NCBI GenBank assembly: GCA_044336805.1
Contig: JBIIOS010000001.1
Coordinates: 1-43,401, forward strand
Origin: Candidatus Nanopelagicales bacterium
GTDB lineage: Bacteria > Actinomycetota > Actinomycetes > S36-B12
Direction: 5' to 3'
Length of the DNA stretch: 43,401 nucleotides
The notes under the pieces are model-generated. The model ran no database searches. It saw only the letters and a list, made by a program, of their open reading frames with translations, and was not told the DNA's origin. Position 1 is the stretch's first letter, and each line of letters opens with the position of its first letter. The position numbers and the translations under genes are program-made. Below are positions 28,259 to 36,424 of this stretch, piece by piece.

Positions 28259-29104
28259 CTAACCCCCTGTGGTAGTTCCATGGGGCCGTTGCCAGAAAAC
28301 AATTCGTCGCTCAGCAAACGAAACTGCCGCGAAGAAGAGATAGCCCAAGACTGCAAGGACAAATCCGTAGGCGTAAACGCGATCGGTGGCTAGCAGATCA
28401 CCAGCGATCTTTGTCTGTTGGCCTAGTCCTCGTCCACCACCAAGAAACTCTCCGATAACTACTCCCACGACGGCCAATACCGATGCTGTCTTCATCCCCG
28501 CAAAGATGAATGGAAGGGATGAAGGTAATTGCAACATGCGCAATGTTTGTGTTCTCGAAGCACGCAGGGAACGAAATAGTTGCGCCTTGTCACGATCGGT
28601 CGTGGCAAGGCCAGCAGCCGTGTCTACCAAGAGTGGAAAGAAGGCGATGAAGGCGCCGAGCGCGACTTTTGAACCAATCCCAAATCCCAGCGCAGCGATA
28701 AACACTGGGGCAAAAACAACCTTGGGAGCCGCATTCAAGGCAACAAGGAAGGGAAGCAAGACGATTCGGCCAAATGAGGACTCTGCGACAATGAATCCAA
28801 AGCCGACCCCGAGTATCACTGCAAGCACGAAAGCGAGAAGGGCCTCTACGACAGTGATCAAGAGAGCCTGACGAAGTGCGCCACCCTCAATGACCGAGAT
28901 ACAGAATGAAAGCAGCGCATCAAAGACTGAAGCGGGTGTGGGCAGGATGAATGGAGAGACCCAACCCGAATTGGCCAGGAGTTGCCACAGCACGAGTACG
29001 GCTATCAAGAAACCGGACAGAGAGAGCCAGCGGGGTATCCGCTCCCAAATTGATCGTCGATCGGCAAGCTTCGTGGACTCCATCGTGTCAGGTTGGGAGT
29101 TCAC
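28259..29104 (-). CDS. NitT/TauT-family ABC transporter permease (SsuC/TauC-like)
   Basis: 6-TM BPD_transp_1 layout with an EAA-like loop (LRASRTQTLRMLQLPSSLPFIFAG). Confidence 0.85.
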   Translation of the reverse strand: MNSQPDTMESTKLADRRSIWERIPRWLSLSGFLIAVLVLWQLLANSGWVSPFILPTPASVFDALLSFCISVIEGGALRQALLITVVEALLAFVLAVILGVGFGFIVAESSFGRIVLLPFLVALNAAPKVVFAPVFIAALGFGIGSKVALGAFIAFFPLLVDTAAGLATTDRDKAQLFRSLRASRTQTLRMLQLPSSLPFIFAGMKTASVLAVVGVVIGEFLGGGRGLGQQTKIAGDLLATDRVYAYGFVLAVLGYLFFAAVSFAERRIVFWQRPHGTTTGG

Positions 29105-29907
29105 GCGGAAATCCTTTCTTCGCCGAAGTCATGTCCGGATTCAAGAAGTGCGCGAACCCTGTTGGTGAGGTCGAGAAACTCCCCGGTCTGCATCATGTCA
29201 AGTGTTCGTGGTCGAGGCAGGTCGACATTCACCACGCCAATGACACGGCCGGGTCTGGCGCTCATAACAAGAACGCGGTCGGACAGGAATGTGCCTTCAG
29301 AGATGCTATGTGTAACGAGTATTGCTGTTTTATGCACACCTTCCACAATGCGATCGAGCTGTAGATTTAACTGCTCACGCGTTAGCTCATCAAGTGCGCC
29401 GAAAGGTTCATCGAGAAGGAGCAATTGAGGGTCGCTGATGAGCATTCGACAAATAGCGGCACGTTGTTGCATTCCACCGGATAGTTCGTGCGGGTACTTT
29501 CCTGAGAAATCGGCGAGTCCGACTGCGGAGAGCAACTCCATGGCTTTGTCAACGTGCCTTGCTGACTCGCGTTTCCCGCTCTTTAATTCGATGGGTAGGA
29601 GAACATTGTTGAGAATTGTGCGCCACTCGAGAAGTACAGGCTTCTGGAACATCATGCCAGCCTCTTCTGGCGGAGCCGTGACAGGCGCTCCGTGTACCAA
29701 TACCTTTCCTGAGGTGGCTGATGTGAGTCCACCGATGATATTCAGCAGCGTGGATTTTCCACATCCAGAGGGACCAATAAGAGAAATGAACTCCCCCGCG
29801 ACAAGAGTTACAGAAATGTCTTGCAATGCCGTGACGTCACCTGACTTCGTATTGAAGATTTTGGTGACGCCTTCGACGTTGACTGCGGGGGAGTCCATAA
29901 CGCTCAA
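29101..29907 (-). CDS. NitT/TauT-family ABC transporter ATP-binding protein
   Basis: GPSGCGKSTLLN, LSGGMQQR and LLLLDEPFGALD. 4-nt overlaps with both neighbours. Confidence 0.9.
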   Translation of the reverse strand: MSVMDSPAVNVEGVTKIFNTKSGDVTALQDISVTLVAGEFISLIGPSGCGKSTLLNIIGGLTSATSGKVLVHGAPVTAPPEEAGMMFQKPVLLEWRTILNNVLLPIELKSGKRESARHVDKAMELLSAVGLADFSGKYPHELSGGMQQRAAICRMLISDPQLLLLDEPFGALDELTREQLNLQLDRIVEGVHKTAILVTHSISEGTFLSDRVLVMSARPGRVIGVVNVDLPRPRTLDMMQTGEFLDLTNRVRALLESGHDFGEERISA

Positions 29908-30977
29908 CTTAGAGACGCTGAATCGAACTGGTTGTAGTCAGGGACAAATTCGTTGTCGAAGAAGTCCGAAGATACAGGCTTAGTGAGGTAACCCTGACTT
30001 ACGAAAGCCGCAATGAGGGCATCGTGACGTTGCGGAACTGAATAGCCCCACTGCCCATCAGCTGATGACGGGAGTGCATATAGGGATTGTGTCTCAGCTA
30101 ACAGTGCCTCCGCAAACGGCATATCGGTGACTTCGTCAGGATATTGCGCACCAATGATGTCGAGAACAGCCTTGGGATTAGATTCTCCGAAAACTGTCGC
30201 CATAGCGCTTCCACGTCCCAAAGCCTTAATCACATCAGGATTTGCATCGACGAATTCTTTTTTCATTACGTAGACCGCGTCAAAGAAAATCTCTGAACCG
30301 GGGAGTTCGACCTGGATAAGTTCCGCGCCGCGAAGTCGCAGAACCGCTGTGTCGATAAAGGCTGCCGCATAGGCTTGAATCTCGCCACGCTCGAAAGCTG
30401 TCAGGGGCGCAGCACCTGGGCCGGTCGCGAGGATTTCATAGTCGACGCCTGGCTCAAGGCCTTGTGCGGACATGAGCGGCACCAGCCAGGACTCCGCACC
30501 GGCGCCAAGGGAGTCGACGCCAATGACCTTACCTCGCAGATCTTCTGCCGTGGTGACTCCTGAGTCTGGTGTTGTCTGCAAAGCGAATACGTCAGATTGG
30601 TACAGGGTGTAAACCGAGACTAAGTCCGCACCTTCCTCGACCGCCTTTAGCGCGGGGCCAGGGCTGCAGATGCAAATATCTGCTTGACCCGAGAGGAGTT
30701 GTTGCATTCCGGCTCCGGAACCGTCTGCGGCTTCAACGGTCAGGTCGATTGCACCGTCGAAGTATCCATTAGCTTGTGCCACGATGGGGGGATAGAACGC
30801 AATTCCGCTGGGAGCGGCAATCACAGCGGTCAGTGAAACAGGAGTGACTCCTTCGGAGCTGCCAGTGCTGGATGACGAATCTGACGAGCCACCGCAGGCG
30901 GTCAGAACGAGACTGGCTACCGCGGCGATTGCTAAGGGAATCCACTTTCGGGAAATTCGGTTTGATGGGTGGGTCAT
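29904..30977 (-). CDS. NMT1/THI5-like (SsuA/TauA-type) solute-binding lipoprotein
   Basis: Lipobox LTAC-GGSS with a Ser-rich linker. The ATG at 30977 follows GGAGGC. The 31070 start would add a non-signal-like extension. Confidence 0.8.
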   Translation of the reverse strand: MTHPSNRISRKWIPLAIAAVASLVLTACGGSSDSSSSTGSSEGVTPVSLTAVIAAPSGIAFYPPIVAQANGYFDGAIDLTVEAADGSGAGMQQLLSGQADICICSPGPALKAVEEGADLVSVYTLYQSDVFALQTTPDSGVTTAEDLRGKVIGVDSLGAGAESWLVPLMSAQGLEPGVDYEILATGPGAAPLTAFERGEIQAYAAAFIDTAVLRLRGAELIQVELPGSEIFFDAVYVMKKEFVDANPDVIKALGRGSAMATVFGESNPKAVLDIIGAQYPDEVTDMPFAEALLAETQSLYALPSSADGQWGYSVPQRHDALIAAFVSQGYLTKPVSSDFFDNEFVPDYNQFDSASLS

Positions 30978-31001
30978 TGTGCCTCCAAGGGACATTGAGT
31001 T

Positions 31002-31012
31002 TTGTATTACAA
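31002..31012 (-). promoter_or_regulatory. near-perfect palindrome TTGTATTACAA (GT-Nx-AC type) 25 nt upstream of the binding-protein start
   Basis: Read directly; it resembles TTGTATGACA at 10232-10241. The role as operator is inferred. Confidence 0.3.
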
Positions 31013-31112
31013 GGTTCGTGTGAGCGTATCCGAGCGGAAAGGCCAGCACAAGTGATTTGGTAAATTGCAATACATCAAAAACCCACTAACAAGACCACTA
31101 AAAAATGTTCGC

Positions 31113-31607
31113 TCAGCGGTGTTGGTAGGTCTTGCCCTCTGGGTAGGTCACCAATTCGATGAATAGTCCCCACGGGGCACGGGTGTAGACAAAGCGCGCT
31201 CGCGGTCCTGATTCGTCGCCGGCGAAAGGGAGCGGTTCCCCCAAAATTTCGACCCCAGCATCCCGGAATTGATCTAGGGCCCCGTCCATGTCTTCAACAT
31301 AGAACGCCACATGGTGTCCCCCAGAATCCGATGTCCGCGGGAATTCCTCACGCTTGTCTGGAGCGTCGTATTCCAGAAGCTCAAGCAAGCTCCCCGCAAT
31401 TTCGATCAGTGCAATTCCATTGACCGCGGTCTCGGGATGCCGGGCAAAATTCTTCACATTTATTTCTGGATTCGGTATGTATGGTGGGTGGCGAACGAGC
31501 ACCCTTGCGCCAAAAATCCGAGTGAAGAATTCGATTGCCTCATTAAGGTTTGGGACCGTGATCCCGATATGGTCGATTCCCCGAATCCCCATCCGGTTTA
31601 CCGTCAC
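31113..31607 (-). CDS. VOC (glyoxalase/bleomycin-resistance/dioxygenase) family protein
   Basis: GIDHIGITVPNLNEAIEFF and HHVAFYVEDMD motifs. GTGA overlap with the upstream SDR. Confidence 0.8.
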   Translation of the reverse strand: MTVNRMGIRGIDHIGITVPNLNEAIEFFTRIFGARVLVRHPPYIPNPEINVKNFARHPETAVNGIALIEIAGSLLELLEYDAPDKREEFPRTSDSGGHHVAFYVEDMDGALDQFRDAGVEILGEPLPFAGDESGPRARFVYTRAPWGLFIELVTYPEGKTYQHR

Positions 31608-32353
31608 CAGGAAACCCGCCCCCCATTAACCGGCAACACCGTTGCGGTGACTTGACCAGAAGATTCACTTATCAAGAACTCGAGTGCCGAGACGAGATCA
31701 CTTGGTCGGGCCAGTGATTTGATGGCCTGGCGCTCCCGATACGCCTCGAGACTCTCGGTGCTCACCCGCTCTTCGATATCAGGAGTGAGCACAATCCCCG
31801 GAGCGATGCAGTTGACGGTGATGTTGTGAACACCCAGTTCGCTGGCGAGAGCACGCGTGAACCCAACGAGAGCGGCTTTGGAAGTGACGTATGCGCTCAT
31901 GTTCTTAACTTGCATGTCCCAAACAACGGTAGATGTCAGGTTGACTACGCGTCCAGCCCCGCTCGTGATGAGGTTATCGAGAAAAGCTTGTGTGAGAAGA
32001 AAGGCACTGTCCAGGTTAACCCGCATGACGCGGTGCCAATCGTCGATCGAGGTCTCTGAAAATGGCAAATAAGGTGAAATGCCAGCATTGTTTACGAGCA
32101 CCCGCACTGGCGGGAGTCGGTCCTGGACCACGTCACGAAATGCACTGACGTCGGCGGGATCCGCAGCATCACCAACAAATGAGATCCCCACGCCCCCATT
32201 GCGTTCAATCGCATCGAGGGTCATGTCACATTCGACTAGATCGAGCATCGCTATAGCGTGGCCGCTTGCCGCGAGTGCTTCAGCAAAGGTTCGACCAAGA
32301 CCTTGAGCCGCGCCGGTGACTACGGCGGTACCTCTAGTTATGTCGGACAACAT
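31604..32353 (-). CDS. SDR-family oxidoreductase
   Basis: AVVTGAAQGLG, NNAG and YVTSKAA. The ATG at 32353 overlaps the 3' end of the GntR gene by 20 nt. Confidence 0.85.
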   Translation of the reverse strand: MLSDITRGTAVVTGAAQGLGRTFAEALAASGHAIAMLDLVECDMTLDAIERNGGVGISFVGDAADPADVSAFRDVVQDRLPPVRVLVNNAGISPYLPFSETSIDDWHRVMRVNLDSAFLLTQAFLDNLITSGAGRVVNLTSTVVWDMQVKNMSAYVTSKAALVGFTRALASELGVHNITVNCIAPGIVLTPDIEERVSTESLEAYRERQAIKSLARPSDLVSALEFLISESSGQVTATVLPVNGGRVSW

Positions 32354-33125
32354 GAAACCTGATGTAGTGATCGTCAACGTGCACTTGCGAGAAGGCGACC
32401 GGTTCACCTTGAGCGGTGTAGTGCGTCTCTAGGAGCATGATGTAAGGCGTTCCCGGCGCCAGGTTCAAAGGGAAGTCTTCGGTATCAGGGACGACCACCG
32501 GCACAATTTCAACTACGACATGATCAATTGTTCGCCCTGGCCATGTTTGGCTAAAAGCAAAGATGGAATCATTGAAGTTGTATCCCTGACCGTCACCTAG
32601 GGCCTCTTGGGTTGCAGCTGAGACATATGAGAAGGGAATCTCGTCTTCGATGTGTAGGGCCACTTGCCCGTCGGCAAAAAAAGTCTTTGACGTCGTTACT
32701 ACTGGTGTGTCTTTGGTAAGTTTCAACGCTCGAGTCGCATCGGGTCCCGAGCTTTCCTCTCGGTGGTAATTGCCGACCACTTGTACATCTTTATAGGCAG
32801 CTTTCAGCATTGCTCTAAAACCAATGAGGCGCTGCAAGATGATGCTCTCGCGTCCGACGTGCGTACGAATTACCGTGCCACGACCCGGTGCGCGACTCAC
32901 CATGCCGAGGCGCTCTAACGACTGAAGTGCCGCACGCAATGTGGTTCGGCTGACATTCAGCATCTCTGCTAATTCGGGCTCAGAGGGAAGTCGGTCGCCG
33001 GGGAACCTGCGTTCCAAGATTGCATCTAGAAGCGCACTCGTCGTCTGGTCCGCGAGGGAGGCAGTCCTGATTCGCGGCAACACGAGATCCACCGGGGTGT
33101 CGCTCGCCTTGACTTTAGCGATCAT
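32334..33125 (-). CDS. GntR-family transcriptional regulator, HutC-like (UTRA effector domain)
   Basis: Winged HTH LPSEPELAEMLNVSRTTLRAALQSLERLGMVSRAPGRGT. The C-terminal domain of about 150 aa matches UTRA in length and pattern. Confidence 0.9.
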   Translation of the reverse strand: MIAKVKASDTPVDLVLPRIRTASLADQTTSALLDAILERRFPGDRLPSEPELAEMLNVSRTTLRAALQSLERLGMVSRAPGRGTVIRTHVGRESIILQRLIGFRAMLKAAYKDVQVVGNYHREESSGPDATRALKLTKDTPVVTTSKTFFADGQVALHIEDEIPFSYVSAATQEALGDGQGYNFNDSIFAFSQTWPGRTIDHVVVEIVPVVVPDTEDFPLNLAPGTPYIMLLETHYTAQGEPVAFSQVHVDDHYIRFHVVRHN

Positions 33126-33138
33126 TGGACTTCACTTT

Positions 33139-33732
33139 CTAAAATGGTCGCTTCACTCCTTCAGGGAGTGGAGTGTTGAACACACGGAGTGTGAGGTCAA
33201 GCGTCTGGTAGTAGCCCACCAGTACGACAAGTTCCACGAACCCATCGGATCCAAATACAGTATGACACTCTTCGGCGAGTAGCGGTGTGACATCGCGGTT
33301 CCTAACGAGGGAACGTGTCACTTGTAAGACCAGAGCTTCAGTCGTGTCGAGTCCCTGCGGTTCGTTCCCCAGACGAATCGCGTCGATGTCCGTGTCCGAG
33401 ATTCCGCAGGCCCGTGCAATAGGTGCGTGTGCGTACCACTCAAAATCGCTGGCAAGTTCGGCGGCGAGAGTGAGGATGGCAACCTCCCGAGCACGGTCGG
33501 TCAAAAGAGTGCGGTAACGGATTGCTGATCCAAGTTCTTGGAGTGGGCCTCCGATAGCAGGTGCGACCACCATGGCATTGAATGGACCTTCTAGGCGCCC
33601 ATTCGAGTCGGTTAACTGGAAGTGTTGCGGTCCCGCGGCCCGCGGCCCACCCGCGATGGAGTTGTAGACGGCGGTAGCATCTGATCCTAGCTCTGTCGGC
33701 GCCAACCATGGCAGATCACCGTGCTTGATCAT
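33139..33732 (-). CDS. carboxymuconolactone decarboxylase (CMD/AhpD-like) family protein
   Basis: 197 aa. REVAILTLAAELASDFEWYAHAPIA resembles the CMD-family helix pair. It is the first gene of the minus-strand regulator operon. Confidence 0.75.
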   Translation of the reverse strand: MIKHGDLPWLAPTELGSDATAVYNSIAGGPRAAGPQHFQLTDSNGRLEGPFNAMVVAPAIGGPLQELGSAIRYRTLLTDRAREVAILTLAAELASDFEWYAHAPIARACGISDTDIDAIRLGNEPQGLDTTEALVLQVTRSLVRNRDVTPLLAEECHTVFGSDGFVELVVLVGYYQTLDLTLRVFNTPLPEGVKRPF

Positions 33733-33760
33733 CGTCCTCCGCTCAATAGTTGCTTTATTC

Positions 33761-33790
33761 TGTCATACAGAAGACAATTCTGCCATAATG
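33761..33790 (+). promoter_or_regulatory. operator/promoter-like element TGTCATACAGAAGACAATTCTGCCATAATG in the divergent region between the CMD-GntR operon and the Rieske dioxygenase operon
   Basis: The 13-mer is identical to 18164-18176. CATAAT at 33784-33789 lies about 35 nt upstream of the preferred GTG start at 33824. Confidence 0.5.
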
Positions 33791-33823
33791 TCGTGCGAAC
33801 TACGTAAAGAAGTGGAGACAAAC

Positions 33824-35146
33824 GTGATTGAGCCTGACGGGCCCGTTTCCGTTCTGCGTAGGACGTGGGGCGACGAAGAAGTCTTTGCCCGTGAGTTGGA
33901 GCGCGTTTTTAAACACTCGTGGCAGTTCCTCGCCCACGATAGTGAGATCCCTGAGCCAGGCGATTACGTGCAGCGCCGGATGGGCCGCGACCGTGTGATT
34001 GTTGTGCGTAGTGAAGATGGTGTCATTCGAGTCTTTCTAAATACCTGTCGGCACAGAGGTGTGCCCTTATGTCGCGCGGATGAAGGGAATACCTCGCATT
34101 TTAGGTGCAGCTACCATGGGTGGACCTACGCAAACACCGGGGTACTTCGGGGAGTGACGTACCAACCTGATGTGTATGGCCCTGATGGAATCGACAAATC
34201 CGAATTAGAGCTTTTCTCGCCCGCACACGTCGACACGTTTCTCGGCATGATATTCGCAACGTGGGATCAAGACGCTGTTCCTCTTCGCGAGTACTTGGGC
34301 GATCTGACCTGGTATCTGGAAGCAATCATGGGTAAATTTGACGATGGACTTGAAGTGGTCGGAACTCCTGTCCGCAATATTGTGAAAGCAAACTGGAAGA
34401 CCGAAGGTGAGAACCTTTCCGGAGACGGTTACCACACGATGGTCACACACGCCACAGCCGTTGAACTGGGACTTTTTGCCACACCCAAGGATCTAGAGAA
34501 ACTCACCGATGTGGTGACGCCGCGCTTTACCGGGCGCACGGTCGATTGCGGCAATGGCCACACCATTCGGGTTCAGCGTCTTCCAGTGGAGATTGACAGT
34601 AATCAGTATTGGGGATACCCCGAAGAGATGTGGGAGCAGTTTGACCGCAACCTCAGTCCGGGGCAGCAACAGGTCATGTCTGCGTTGTCTGTATGTCACG
34701 GGTCCGTATTCCCGAATATGTCTTTCATTGAGAATTTCAAGACAAATGTCGACGGCCCGGGCCTTCATGCCCGCTACTTTCGGATTACTGTTCGATATCC
34801 AATCTCTGCAACACATTGTGAACAATTATGGTTCTTGCTACAACCACGCAATGCGGATCAAAAGTGGCGGCGATTATCGGCACAAGCATATTTGAGAACG
34901 AATGGTCCTTCAGGTATGTTCGAAATTGATGACACTGAAAATTTTGTAGGTATTTCTGAAGCTTCTGTTGGCGAAATTGCTCGTGATAAGCCAATCACCT
35001 ACCTTGGTGGTTTGCAGAATCCAAAGACTCCAAGCGAAGTTGGCTGGCCTGGAGATTCCGTCGATGGCGACAAGACGGAGAAGACACTTCGTGCGTTCCA
35101 CAGACAATGGGCTGTGATGATGGGCGAAAACGAGGTTGTCTCGTGA
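33824..35146 (+). CDS. Rieske non-haem iron ring-hydroxylating dioxygenase, alpha subunit
   Basis: Rieske motif CRH-X17-CSYH (nt 34046-34117) and mononuclear iron motif DGYHTMVTH. GTG at 33824 follows GTGGAG; ATG at 33788 is an alternative start. Confidence 0.9.
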   Translation: MIEPDGPVSVLRRTWGDEEVFARELERVFKHSWQFLAHDSEIPEPGDYVQRRMGRDRVIVVRSEDGVIRVFLNTCRHRGVPLCRADEGNTSHFRCSYHGWTYANTGVLRGVTYQPDVYGPDGIDKSELELFSPAHVDTFLGMIFATWDQDAVPLREYLGDLTWYLEAIMGKFDDGLEVVGTPVRNIVKANWKTEGENLSGDGYHTMVTHATAVELGLFATPKDLEKLTDVVTPRFTGRTVDCGNGHTIRVQRLPVEIDSNQYWGYPEEMWEQFDRNLSPGQQQVMSALSVCHGSVFPNMSFIENFKTNVDGPGLHARYFRITVRYPISATHCEQLWFLLQPRNADQKWRRLSAQAYLRTNGPSGMFEIDDTENFVGISEASVGEIARDKPITYLGGLQNPKTPSEVGWPGDSVDGDKTEKTLRAFHRQWAVMMGENEVVS

Positions 35147-35700
35147 CTTCGAATTTTGCGCCACCTTTCGCGGAAATTTCCCAGGTGTGGGCTTCGCCCG
35201 AAGAGCATGCTGCTGTGGCTGCTTTTCTCGCACACGAGGCTGAGGCCATTGATTCACGTGATTTTGCAACGTGGCTCTCTTTGGTCGATGACGAATTCAC
35301 GTATCAGGTACCGGTTCCCCGAACGCCCGATAACCCCTTCTCACCACACTTCGATTCGCGTTCAATGTTAATTGATGAATCTAAGTGGTCTCTTGAGTCG
35401 CAATGGTTTCGTCGTCTTGATCTTGACCTTTACGAATTGTCTTGGGCGGAGAACCCACCGGTTAGATTTCGCCATTTCGTGAGCAATATCCGGGTCCGTC
35501 GAACCGATGATCCGAAAGTCCTCGATGTACGCAGTAATGTGATGCTTGTCGGTACGCGCCAATCTGATGCTCCTAAGTTCCTTACGGGTGAACGAACTGA
35601 TGCCATAAGTGTGGTGGCCGATGGTTACCGACTGTCCCGACGTTGGGTCGTTCTTGACCAAGTTGTGATTGATTTCCCCCAGCTTCGGATCATGTTGTGA
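35143..35700 (+). CDS. ring-hydroxylating dioxygenase beta subunit (SnoaL/NTF2-like)
   Basis: FLAHEAEAIDSRDFATWLSLV...RFRHFVSNIRV is typical of RHO small subunits. GTGA overlap with alpha. Confidence 0.85.
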   Translation: MTSNFAPPFAEISQVWASPEEHAAVAAFLAHEAEAIDSRDFATWLSLVDDEFTYQVPVPRTPDNPFSPHFDSRSMLIDESKWSLESQWFRRLDLDLYELSWAENPPVRFRHFVSNIRVRRTDDPKVLDVRSNVMLVGTRQSDAPKFLTGERTDAISVVADGYRLSRRWVVLDQVVIDFPQLRIML

Positions 35701-35951
35701 ACGAGAACAATGTGAACAATTCTGGGGTTACCGAGGACACAGTGCGGATAATCATCTCGAATGAATTCGCATCCGTAGAGGTCCGCAAGGTAGCAACCCG
35801 AAACGGAGAGCGGTTGCAGATCCGTTCCATGGGGAAGCAGTCCACTGTTCGCCTTGATGCAATAGCACTCGAGGCATTGACGTGGTCAGACGCAATTGAA
35901 GTTGGGATGGCTCTGGAAAATCCGCTAGGACCTGAAACAGGTGCGTCATGA
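35697..35951 (+). CDS. hypothetical 84-aa protein, translationally coupled to the dioxygenase beta subunit
   Basis: GTGA overlap upstream and ATGA overlap downstream. No motif I can assign, no Cys, and a soluble-looking sequence. Confidence 0.5.
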   Translation: MNENNVNNSGVTEDTVRIIISNEFASVEVRKVATRNGERLQIRSMGKQSTVRLDAIALEALTWSDAIEVGMALENPLGPETGAS

Positions 35952-36424
35952 CACCACTCGTTGTTGGCAGACCTTGTGGAGGTGGGCTTGAGGCACTCGT
36001 GGCGCTTTCGCAGGTCGTGCCTGGAGAAGTCACCCTCGTGTGGAGCGATCGTGAGGAACTCGTTGCAGCTGTCCCGCAAGTTCTCGAGGTTGGCGGAACT
36101 ACGCTTTTGGTCGATGCACAAGATGAAGCCGCTACCTCGCACGCGCTAGCTCACCAATTACAAGTAATGGGAACCCCTCAGTTTGTATGCCTGGTCGCCG
36201 AAGACCCTCGAGATGCCGAGGATCTTGGCATCATCGCGAAGACTTTGCTGAGAACGGTGCCACTATGTGCCGTCCTTGTGGTCGGTGACGAACATACGAC
36301 AATGGTTGTGAGTCAGATACTAGATGAACTTGAACTGCCGGCACCATTGTCAGTGGGTCTTGAAGAGGCAATTACGGCTGCAGGGGAACTTGCCTTATTC
36401 GCACGATGGGAGACGTCTTCATGA
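35948..36424 (+). CDS. hypothetical 158-aa protein (alternating beta/alpha pattern, Rossmann- or flavodoxin-like by eye)
   Basis: ATGA overlaps at both ends. Acidic and soluble-looking. No recognisable cofactor motif. Confidence 0.55.
   Translation: MTPLVVGRPCGGGLEALVALSQVVPGEVTLVWSDREELVAAVPQVLEVGGTTLLVDAQDEAATSHALAHQLQVMGTPQFVCLVAEDPRDAEDLGIIAKTLLRTVPLCAVLVVGDEHTTMVVSQILDELELPAPLSVGLEEAITAAGELALFARWETSS

Noticed and set aside
31083-31101. Direct repeat CCACTAA-N5-CCACTAA flanked by A-runs just after the VOC gene stop; considered as a terminator.
   Set aside because: The repeats are direct rather than inverted, so no hairpin forms. Their significance is unclear and may be chance.
30978-31112. 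A possible TPP or other riboswitch upstream of the NMT1/THI5-like binding protein.
   Set aside because: I could not find the conserved CUGAGA / ACCUGAUCUGGAUAAUGCCAGCG-type TPP elements or any convincing multi-stem structure. Only a short palindrome and a direct repeat are present.
33257-33267. An extra operator-like site (ACAGTATGACA, 8/9 core match) inside the CMD gene.
   Set aside because: The match is imperfect and intragenic, so a chance occurrence is plausible. I mention it only as a possible internal GntR promoter site.
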